DNA of 56,748 bases from Spirogloea muscicola. Its lineage: Eukaryota. Below the pieces are notes generated by a model, which worked only from the letters and a program-made list of their open reading frames with translations, did not search any database and was not told where the DNA came from. The position numbers and the translations under genes are program-made. The DNA is taken from positions 404,250 to 460,997 of the forward strand of contig WELB01000012.1 of NCBI GenBank assembly GCA_009602725.1, in the 5' to 3' direction. Below, one piece after another: positions 39,478 through 52,222 of this stretch (position 1 is its first letter; the number at the start of each line of letters is the position of its first letter).

Positions 39478-40860
39478 CCGCCGGCGCGGCTCCGTCACCT
39501 CACAACCACTATTGCTGCCTTCCGGCCCTCCAGGCGGCGCCACGCCAGGTCTGGCCAACGTCGTGTTCGAGTTCCTGGAGGTGGCGGTGCACCAGATCCT
39601 CTGCGTCCGCGGCGTCTACCCGGCCGGTGAGCGAGCTCGCTCCTCCTGTGCCGGAGCTCCAGGGCTCGGGGCTTAAGGGCCAGGGTCCTCCCGCCCGCCC
39701 CGGCCGCTGACGGCGGTGGCGGCCGCCGCCGTGGCCAGCCCCCCCGCAGAGGTGTTCGAGCGGCGGCGGCACTACGGCGTGCCCGTCCATTGGGCGCGCC
39801 ACCCGGACCTCGAGGAGTACGTCCGCTGCGTCGCCACCAGCCTGCGCGACTGGATCGAGCAGGTACTCGAGCGGCCTCACCTTCTTACCACAGGCCGGTG
39901 ACGAAGAATGGGCTCATCTCGTCGCTGCTTGCAAATGCAAGCCGCGCAGAAGCAGGGGCGGCCCACACTTGCATCGACTACCACAGCCGATGCAGTCCGA
40001 CACGTATTCAGGCTTCTTATAGATAGAGGAGTGTATTGCTTCTATGGCGTCATGAGTGCTTCTTGAATCTGTTTTGGAGAGTTCTTAAATATTTCACTTG
40101 AAGGTACAAGCTTGTCTCTGAAGGAGCTTGCTGTCTGCGTGAGTTTGGAGTGTCATGAGGTTGAGTTTCGTGACTGCGTGAGCGACCTCAAGGCCTGCCG
40201 CTCCATCTCGTTGAGCAGGGTACTGTGGAGAAGGTCGCTCTTGTGATCCATCACGGGAGTGCCCGTGTCGCACTAGAACGCCATGTTATCAGCCTGCAGC
40301 TGGATGCAGCCACACCTGGCGGGTCCATCCCCGAGCCCTGGGAGCTGGAGCCCGCGCTGAGGGCCTTTCTCCTGAAGCTGGCCGTTCTTGACGCCCCGCT
40401 GAGGCCATTGCCGCCAGGTACATAGAGCGGCAGAAAGCGATTCTTACCGCAACCTGGACATATTCTTCCAGACAACCTGCGAATGTCCACTAGGAACTTC
40501 GACCAGCAACACCATACTCAAGATGCCCTCGTGGCACTTAAGCACTCACATTATGGCGCCCACGGGCCTGACTGCTGTGTATACTTCAATCCAACAAAAT
40601 TGACTTCATACTCTAGTAAGGTTGGCTGCGATTTGTGTGCTGCAGACTGCTCCTTTGAGGTCATTGCCTACACCAAGAAGCTGCCTGATGGGGTTGGCGG
40701 TGCGGGTTCGGACGTGGCCTGGGTTCCTGCTGAGGGTGGGGAGCTCAGCGACCTGCAAGTCCTTCCTGTCAAGTCGCTCAGGAGCGGCATTCTCAACATG
40801 CAGATGTACGTCGAGCAGCCAAGGAGCCGCACAAATGCCCAGGCCGATTTTGGGACCTGA
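39427..40860 (+). CDS. REV7: DNA polymerase zeta subunit REV7 / MAD2L2 (HORMA domain); 5' end in the gap
   Basis: FEFLEVAVHQILCVRGVYPA / EVFERRRHYGVPVHWARHPDLEEY / GTVEKVALVI...LERHVI / LRAFLLKLAV...LPP / DCSFEV...WVPA...PVKSLRSGILNMQMYVEQP. Confidence 0.93.
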
Positions 40861-41784
40861 TGATTCGCCTTCCATGTCAAATGGACAGTACATGACGTAT
40901 AGCTTGTTTTGTTCTTACCCTGGTCTCGTTGTATCCAGCCTCGTACCAGTTGATTCACACAGCCTTGTTATGCGAATGCATTGCATAAGCGATACTCTTG
41001 TCTGCTGATGGCTGCAATGAAAACACCCATGTCAACAGGGAATTGCACAAGCCCGTTACTGCAGATACAAATATCATTATGCGAGCCAGTTCTTCTGGGA
41101 CAGTAGCAGTGGCATGCATACCTCACTGCCTTTGTTTAATGTCATTGAGAAAGCTACCTTGTGTAGGACCAAGATAGAGTAAGTCTAGTGGATGGCGGGA
41201 TGACCTGTTCTCCAAGTTTGCTGGAGGACAGAAGCATGGTGCTACGGCACTATTCACGATAGCTGCACAGGACCACCAGTAGAGGTACACCAGGATCTGT
41301 GGACATTGGACACGGAGAATAGCTTCCACCCCTATGCAAATAACTTTTGACTTATGCAGCAGCACTTGATCATATTCATGCGCTGTCTAGAAGTCGGATG
41401 AGAGCTTCATCTCGAGGAGCAAGGAGACGTGTAGTAATAGCTAGAGTGCTTGGGTTGTTGAAGAGAGGCCTTGGCTTGTGTTGTTCTTCTATAGAAATGC
41501 ATGTCCTGATCTAGTAGAGTAGCGGGTCGGGCAGCCAAGCCCACCCTCGACTGGTATGAGCTGCCAAGAAGCCGACAGCCGCATGCTGGGGGCAAGTGCA
41601 GAGGGCCGTGTGGATCACTGTGTGGCCAATGGAAAGCTACGAGAGGTGAGGTTTTCTATTGTATTGAGACTGTTTGAATGGCACAAGGCGTGTTGCATCT
41701 TTGTGGAGTGGCGTTGGCTTTGAGTGGCTCCTCCATGGGGCATACATGAACGTACATATGCATATGTACATAAACATACATGTA

Positions 41785-42215
41785 TGTATAGTTATCATTC
41801 TGCTCCTGATGTTGCTCCCGTCGAAATCTTTCAGCAGCCTTCGCTTCCTTCACTCAAAAGTCCTCAACTGGGCGTTTGCCCTTCTCTGGAGGACTTGCAG
41901 ACTGCCCTTGTCTCGGCGGTCGAGACGCCAATTTGTTCATAGCGGCACACAGATTAGACTGTCAGTCACACAGACAGCACAGGCTCCGCCCTCACTCAGA
42001 GGTTAGATACACTGTCACACAGACAGCACAGGCTCCGCACTCAGTGGGTGGCAGCCATAGCTAAACCGCACCGGAGCAGCAGCGCAATAGCCCTAGATCC
42101 AGAATCTGCAATCACGCCCCATGTGCCAGGGCACCCCGTTTTACATGGAGCGCTCCCACGATTCAATAGGCTGAGTCAGATGGTTTCCCAGATCACCATC
42201 TTAGCACAATTGACA
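41785..42215 (-). repeat. Putative 3' LTR
   Basis: Begins TGTCA right after the PPT. Shares gctcctgatgttgctcc, gtcctcaactgggcgt, gggtggcagccatagcta, gcaccggagcagcagc and an internal tandem of gtcacacagacagcacaggctccgc with 44131-44570. Confidence 0.75.
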
Positions 42216-42229
42216 CTCCCACTTATAAG

Positions 42230-42691
42230 AAGGAGTCAGCCACACTGTAAAACTCTACACCTGTCAAGCTTAGGCTTGCAAAAGCCCATGGGCAGAGTAT
42301 CTACATATCAGTGGGTACTATCATATTGCAATCTGATACCCCCTTCCACCTTTTCTCTTCAGAAATGATGTTGTATCAATGATGTTGTATTTATGCATAA
42401 GACGAGCATGATACACATGATTCAGACAAAAGCAGTGCTGTCCTCCGTATCACTGTGCATAGCAGTTGCATGAGATGAAGGAAAGAATTCACACTCTTCA
42501 AGTAATCTCCTCAGCCAACTTGCCTCCTTCGGTGCTCCGGTAGACTCCATGTACTCTGCTTCCACAGTCAATACCGCTGCAGTTTGCTGTACTTGACTAC
42601 TCCAACTTGTTGCTGCTCCTCCCAGCTCAAAAGCATAGCCTGTAACTTGACATCTACTATTTAGACTTCCTGCCCAATCTGCATCAGAATA
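42230..42691 (-). pseudogene. Copia RT C-terminus / RNase H remnant
   Basis: YSDADWAGSLNSRCQVTGYAFELGGAATSWSSQVQQTAAVLTVEAEYM...WLRRLL, followed by frameshifted HFL.EKVE and LQY remnants and a short tandem duplication at about 42364-42390. Confidence 0.85.
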
Positions 42692-43310
42692 TCACTTCTC
42701 TTCAATTACGTGTCCAATCTCTCTGGAATGTAAGACAGAAAATCTGGGTCCCCTGCAAAAATCTCAGTATCCTTTCTACCAACTTGCCTATGTTCCCACT
42801 GCACAAACTGAGCGACCACTCCCACCTCTGCTGATATTTCTGGACTTCCTGATCTACCTCAACGTCTGCAGGTTGCTGCATGTCAATACCTTTACATACC
42901 CTCTCAGAGAAAGCTGGAACAATCTCCTTCTGCTCTACTTTCAAATGCTGCTGGAAGTCAGCTGGAAATACAGAAAGAAGATACGACAAGTCCAGGTACA
43001 TTGCGAAGTACCATCTAAGCTAGGCGCTTGCAGCTGAATTTCTACTTTACTTATGGTAGGCTGTGCATAATCATCTCCAAGGAAGATCTGAAAAGGTGAT
43101 AGCCTGATATTTACACGCAAACAGTCTTGTTTACGTGTAAATTGATAGGAGCAAACCAAAGAAGCTCTCCTTCATCACAATCTGAACAGCGAGTACTGAA
43201 ATTGGCTTTGTATTGAAGCAGTCAAATCAGCCAGCTGTCATGTGACAACTTTGCAGTGTGATGAGACAGCGGAGCATGTCCTCCAAACTTTCTCCTACTG
43301 CCTCCACTAC

Positions 43311-44297
43311 TTAGCCACTTAGCTTAGTAGCGCGTTTCTTCTGACAGTCTTTGATGACATGTCCAGTTTCACGGCAGTAGTAACATGTCCTAAAAGACAC
43401 TTGCTGTCTACACTGACCGGAAGACTGGTCTCCCATCTGTTGGCTATTGTCACCACTCTGCCTCGACCTGGACTGCTCCAGGTGTTGTCCAGGGCTTTGC
43501 TCCACCCTCTGTCTGGCCATCAGAGCTATTTGACTGCCATGCACATTCAACTGTTGCTCCTCCAACATCCGCTCCTTGTGAAGGAGGCGAGCCACCACAT
43601 AGTCCACGGTCAGGTCATCTCTGCTGACCATATGGAACATGTCTCGGAGAGCACTGTACTGTGGTGGAAGTCCCATCAAGATGGACAGAACCTGCTGCCT
43701 TGCTGTGATCCCCTCTCCGATGGCATGTAGTTGAAGAGCCAATAACTGCACTCTATTCACAAAGTCCTGAATGGGCTCATTCTCCTCCATCCTACAGTCT
43801 CGCAGTTTCATGCTTAGATACAACACGTTATCAAGCCCTCTATTCTCATACTTGTCCTTCAGGTGCTCCCAGATCTGGCTGGCCAGAGGCTTGTTGATGA
43901 TGCCGATTATCTCCTCATCGGACAAGTTTGTCACAAGGATCAATGTGGCCACAGCATTGCGCCTTGAGGAAGGCCGGCATTGACGTCCGTCTCCAGTGGG
44001 CTCTACGGCACTCCAGACATTACTGACTTGCAGCATCAATTTCATCTTGCATTTCCAGACTAGCCAGTTTGTATGCCTTGACAGCTTGGGATGGAGAGCA
44101 GGTAGCAAGTTGCCTGGTAGGCCCATGCCCTGAAATTCCTCCTCATCTGGCAGCTCCTGATGTTGCTCCACTTGATCGCATTCAGCATCCGCAGCTTCTT
44201 CTGTCCTCCACTCAACGTCCTCAACTGGGCGTCTGTCCGTCTCCGGAGGACCATCAGCCCGCCCTCGTCCTGGCGGTCCAGGCGCAGATCCGCTCAT
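43311..44297 (-). CDS. gag: Copia-type Gag, 328 aa, with a C-terminal CCHC zinc knuckle
   Basis: NWLVWKCKMKLMLQVSNVWSAV, ASQIWEHLKDKY, MEENEPIQDFVNRVQLLALQL, ILMGLPPQYSAL, LTVDYVVARLLHKE, CYYCRETGHVIKDC. Confidence 0.9.
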   Translation of the reverse strand: MSGSAPGPPGRGRADGPPETDRRPVEDVEWRTEEAADAECDQVEQHQELPDEEEFQGMGLPGNLLPALHPKLSRHTNWLVWKCKMKLMLQVSNVWSAVEPTGDGRQCRPSSRRNAVATLILVTNLSDEEIIGIINKPLASQIWEHLKDKYENRGLDNVLYLSMKLRDCRMEENEPIQDFVNRVQLLALQLHAIGEGITARQQVLSILMGLPPQYSALRDMFHMVSRDDLTVDYVVARLLHKERMLEEQQLNVHGSQIALMARQRVEQSPGQHLEQSRSRQSGDNSQQMGDQSSGQCRQQVSFRTCYYCRETGHVIKDCQKKRATKLSG

Positions 44298-44487
44298 GGC
44301 AGCGCAGAGCGAGCGGACACTTGGTCACACAGCCAGCGCAGGCGCGGCGCTCACTCAGAGCTCAGGCACACGGTCACAGAGGCGACACAGGCTCCGCCCT
44401 CACTCACTGGGTGGCAGCCATAGCTAGGGCGCACCGGAGCAGCAGCACAAATGGCCTCAGACCCAGACAGGATCTGAGCCCGATGTG

Positions 44488-44523
<36 letters not shown>

Positions 44524-44595
44524 CGCATCGCACGGCCCACGACCCACCAGGCTGACTTAGATGGTCACCCAGCCCAAGCGCTGGTTCAAGATGTT
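44131..44595 (-). repeat. Putative 5' LTR (contains the gag start codon and a poly-G run)
   Basis: Homologous to 41785-42215; ends in CA just before the PBS-like sequence. Confidence 0.7.
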
Positions 44596-44708
44596 TCCCG
44601 CGCCGTGATATGTCAGACTGTTTGCAGGGAGCTCAGGCTCAAGCTTTGCACCGGAAACAAACTCTCTTCCAGTAGAAGTTCCTTCTCTTCGGGGATATTA
44701 GTGTCCCA

Positions 44709-45945
44709 CTTAGCCAGCTCATTACCCAGTTAACAGGACATTTGTAAGGCTAGGATTGGCCTCCCTTTCAATCTCATGCGCACCGCGCGCCTCCTCTCTT
44801 CCAGCAGAAAGAAAGAAAGTGCTCGCCCATAGAGAAGCTGGCAAAGTCAGCCCAAAAAAGAATGGACAATGTCGAAATCCAAAGAGGCTTTGTTTCCGGT
44901 GTAATGCTTGGGCGAGGACGATGGCTGTGGTTGGCAAGCCCAAAATCAGAATGAACAAATGTCGTAGGGGCCAGAAAAGTGTTAAAGCACACAGCGACCT
45001 ATTCAGTGGCCATCGGCTCATGTCCCGCTCAATATCCCCTGCTGGACGTGCTTTAATTGGTGGCAGGAGGGCTCAGAATTTGCCGTCCGTAAGTTGGACA
45101 TCATTCAGTCACCTCTGCTTGCTGACCCGTGGTTAGTAAGCGGGTCGGCTTAGCAGCAGGTGTTGTAACGTCCTTAGATGTTCTTGTCTTCGTACTTGGC
45201 CACTTAGGGCCCCCACGTACGATACGACATGCTCCTCCCTCCTCCAGTATCTGGCCCAGCTAATTGACGCGCGTCGTCGCAGAAGGGATCAGGAATTCGG
45301 GTCAGCTTGGCGCACCCTAGCATTTTGCAGGCATTGGTTGCATGTAGCGGAATGCGGCTTTCACTTCGTTTGCAGCGCTCCAAGCTCTGGCTATTCCTCA
45401 GCGTGCTGGGCGCGCTCTAAGTTAGGCCACTGGCTCCCATGGCGGTGCTCCAGCTCCCCAAGTTTGTCTGTCGAGCTTCGATGTGCTCACTCGTGGGTAC
45501 TGAGGTCCCTTTTCCAAAGGACGAGAAGGGGCCAGGGGAAGTACTAAGAGAAACAAGCACAAAGAGAATTTAAGCAGCTACGAAGCACTCGAAGGACGAG
45601 AATGTGCTTCCAGGAGAGGACGGTGGCTGTGAGAGGCTAGCCCAGATAAAGAATGAACATACTTCGAAGGACTTATCAAGCCTGCATTCACACTGTCACC
45701 TAAGCACCCCTTAGCGCAAGGCTTGCCTCAATGTAGCCCCACTTCTCGGCTTTTGCCTGAACAGTGTATTGGGTTTAATTGGCCTCACTTCCATTGTCAT
45801 GCAAAGTGAACCGCGCGCCTTAGCCAGCTCATTACCCAGTTAACAGGACATTTGTAAGGCTAGAATTGGCCTCCCTTCCCATTTCATACGCACCGCGCGC
45901 CTTCTCTCTTCCGTATGGTGGACGATGGCTGTGAGCGGCTAGCCC
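44709..45945 (+). repeat. Third large cluster of the dispersed repeat family: a 94-bp direct repeat (44709-44802, 45819-45912) plus four forward cores (about 44821, 44916, 45619, 45920)
   Basis: cttagccagctcattacccagttaacaggacatttgtaaggctag is identical in both copies. gtgctcactcgtgggtactgag at 45483 matches 8509. 45518-45580 matches the reverse complement of about 14470-14530. Confidence 0.85.
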
Positions 45946-46154
45946 CAGAACTCTGTACTCAATCGCCCCAAAACCCCAAGACCCGAAAAGGGGTGCTAGA
46001 CGGTGTCACTGGTCGTGAGAAGGGTCAGGCCTGGCGGCGCCGCACACCGGCGGCGCCGTGGTAGGCCTTGGTGGTCTCTGTAGCGGGTGCAACAAGGCTG
46101 CCGTCTGGAAGGGCTTCCTGTGACGAGCGGGACGGCGTCCGTCAGACGGCCGGC

Positions 46155-49323
<3,169 letters not shown>

Positions 49324-49845
49324 AAGTCGAGGCATGTGGCGTTGCCATTGCTGGGTTTCACTTCGTCCAGTACCACAGTTGCTGTTTCTTTAGCACCTAA
49401 AACCCAACCTCAGAAACTGGTACAGGGTTCCTGGTGTTCCATTCTTAGTTCGCGTGTGCTTATGGCTCCCTATTGCTCTCAATTACTAATTGTGTGCATT
49501 TGGCAATTCGCGCTTGGTAAAAAATATTGGTGCTCCATACACATGCTGCACACAAGCGCTCATGCAGCGCGGCAAGCTTATGAGAAGCACGGCAGGCCTC
49601 CCTGTCTGCTCACCTCCATTGGCAGCTAAGACACGCAAACTCGGTGCCTGCGATGGGAGCGCACGCAAGTGCTCCTGTTCTTGGCCATGATGCATTCACT
49701 GAGGTACAGCTGGCACTTCGAGCCAGGCCCAGGACCCCTGGTGCATGGAGTCTGGCCATGCTTGTGCAATTGCCGCAGTGCCTTTCAAGGCAGCTCATGG
49801 AGGTGCTGTGAAGACTGGTGTCGACGCCCACAACAATTTACTTTC

Positions 49846-51908
49846 TCAGCCAATGTCATCGTCGTCCAGGTTTAGGAGCCGAGCCATGCGCATGGCAATG
49901 CTGGCTGCCTTCCCCCGTCGCTCATTGTCAGGGAGGCCCGCGAGCTGCGCACGCATGCCCGTCATCTCCTGCATCAGCTTCTCCAGGTCCTCCACAGCTG
50001 CCCCCGGAGACCCCTCCTCCTCATTGTCGCCGTTCACGCAGTCTCGGGGCATGTGTGGGCTGCTTGCTACGACCTCGGCTCGCATGTGCTGCTCCTCTGC
50101 GCCAGCATTTGAGCTGGCGTGCTCGGCAGCAGTGACCTTGTAGGTGCTCTGCAGACACAGTGTGTCAGTCTTGAGACGCAGATCCAAATCTGCAGTGGTA
50201 GAAGCTGGCGCTACAGACAATCTCGTCAGCTGTGTGGCATCTGCCATAGCACCCACCAGAAGCTCAGGGGTCTCCTCCGCGTGCTCCGTCAGCCGAGTCT
50301 CCATCAGAAGCGGCCCAACTCTGACTGCTGCGAGCGGACTCGGCCAATGAGCCCCGCCTGCTCCCACTTCACCACCATCATTCGTCCCCGTACCTGCATT
50401 GTGCAAGTATGTCTCAGGTGATGTGACAACAAGAGTGAGCACAGCACCAGCTTTCGTAAGCTCAAGTCAGCTCAAGTCAATATGTCTTACAAAGTGCCAG
50501 CTACATTGGGTGCACACATGCCAAGCCTATTGGAGCACTGGGTCACATGGAGGTTATGCGAAGCTGACCACGGCCTCGGCCTTTTAACAACATGTTGGGC
50601 CACGTGTGCGCTGCCAGAGCGCCTCGTATGCGGGCTAGGCCCAGCTGGTCGCCGTCCACCGACAAGCCTGCAGCAAGTGCACCAAGGGTGCAGCATGTCA
50701 GTCAGCCAGAGGCTGGCAGCACCCTCAACTTCTAACATGCATGCAGCTAACCGTATGAGCAAGACCAAAATGGCTGCCAGAGACCATCAACGGCCAACAA
50801 CTCAATGCTTGCGACAGGAGGGTGCATTGAGGAATTGACGTCTACTTGCCTAGTGAAGTAGCTCAATTGAGCATACCTCGGTCAAAGGAGCTGTCCAGCG
50901 CGCTGGCATCCACGTACTCCACGCCCTTCTCAAGGCACCAGTCAAGGGCCGTGCCACGGGGGACAGCGGCCGGTGCAGAGAGGGGCTTCCCCAAAGCATC
51001 GCTGCGAAGGTCCTGGCATGCAGCAACTGAGCAGGCGGCCTTGTCAGCCTTGTTGCCCACGCAGAGGAGGATGGTGATGCCGGAGAGGTCCGCCGACGCG
51101 TACTCCTGCTGGAGCGCTGCGAATGAATCTGGCTGCCAGAGGAACAGCGCGATGCCTGTGAGCAGGACCAACGTTCGCCTGTGAGCAGGACCAACGTTAG
51201 CACCATCACCTAAGAAGACTGGCGTCCATGCTTGAACTCAGCCCTCCACAAGTTGATCACCAGAGGAGTGAATCTCAGAAGTCGATCAGCGGCGGCCACA
51301 GCTCGCAGTTGCGCTCACGTTCGTGACGTCGAAGACCATGACGAGCGCCTCGCACGGAGGAGCCGGAGCCCGGGGCCTTCTTCCGGCGCCGGCCTCCTCG
51401 ACCGTGGCCACGGCGAGCTCCACCTCGGCGGTGTAGTACTTGTTGTCTATCGTCCACCTGGGCAGGCGGACCAGCCAGGCAGAGCCTGAGTGCCGGAGGC
51501 CGAGCTTGTCGCGGCAAGCCTGCGCGACTGCCGTGTCTCGCACAGCACGACGACGCGCTCTCAGCTGTCCAGGACTGTCGAGGCGGCATCGGTGCAGCAG
51601 CGCCAGCTGCAGCAACCTGTGCCGCGGGGCAGCTTCCATAAGCGGAGAAGCCTGCGCGGCGACCGCCATCTCGGCGGCGGCGGCGGCGGCGGCGGCGGCG
51701 TCGTCGTCGCCATACAGCAGCCCTGCGGAAGCAGGAGGCGAGGCCAGTCATGCGCCTGCCGGGCTCTGGCCGACGCCGGGGGGCGCGGCCTCGGCGGCGG
51801 GCGCGCAGTGCGGCGGCAGGCGCGCTCACGGCGGATGAGGGCGCGCTTGCCGGCGCCGCGCGCGCCGGCCACGACGACCAGGGGCCGCCCGGCGTCCATG
51901 GCGGCCAT
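49846..51908 (-). CDS. AAGAB: Alpha- and gamma-adaptin-binding protein p34 (AAGAB/IRC6 family); multi-exon
   Basis: LVVVAGARGAGKRALI (G-protein-like N-terminus), WTIDNKYYTAEV, CEALVMVFDVT, LLCVGNKADK, DWCLEKGVEYVDA, EALAAHVWPNM, and C-terminal EDLEKLMQEM..MRAQL..LPDNERRGKAASIAMRM. Confidence 0.9.
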
Positions 51909-51926
51909 GGCTGCCGCGGACGAGGA

Positions 51927-52222
51927 NNNNNNNNNNNNNNNNNNNNNNNNNNNNNNNNNNNNNNNNNNNNNNNNNNNNNNNNNNNNNNNNNNNNNNNNNN
52001 NNNNNNNNNNNNNNNNNNNNNNNNNNNNNNNNNNNNNNNNNNNNNNNNNNNNNNNNNNNNNNNNNNNNNNNNNNNNNNNNNNNNNNNNNNNNNNNNNNNN
52101 NNNNNNNNNNNNNNNNNNNNNNNNNNNNNNNNNNNNNNNNNNNNNNNNNNNNNNNNNNNNNNNNNNNNNNNNNNNNNNNNNNNNNNNNNNNNNNNNNNNN
52201 NNNNNNNNNNNNNNNNNNNNNN
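51927..52222. other. Assembly gap (N) covering the shared promoter of the divergent AAGAB and DCAF8 genes
   Basis: Run of N. Confidence 1.

Larger units (their letters stand above)
41785..44595 (-). mobile_element. Ty1/copia LTR retrotransposon derivative, internally deleted and non-autonomous, with intact gag
   Basis: Diverged direct repeats at about 44131-44595 and 41785-42215. PBS-like CA-GGGCATGGGCCTA at 44118-44130. PPT AAGTGGGAG (42216-42224) followed by TGTCA. Gag and RT/RNase H remnants lie between the repeats. No TSD identified and outer boundaries are approximate. Confidence 0.85.

Noticed and set aside
41740..41790. TA/CA-rich microsatellite-like stretch
   Set aside because: Simple low-complexity sequence at the edge of the copia element; no further structure.
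44488..44523. Poly-G runs here and at 5149-5182 as G-quadruplex elements
   Set aside because: Pure homopolymers, one containing an N, and the corresponding 3' LTR position lacks the run; they may be sequencing or assembly artefacts.
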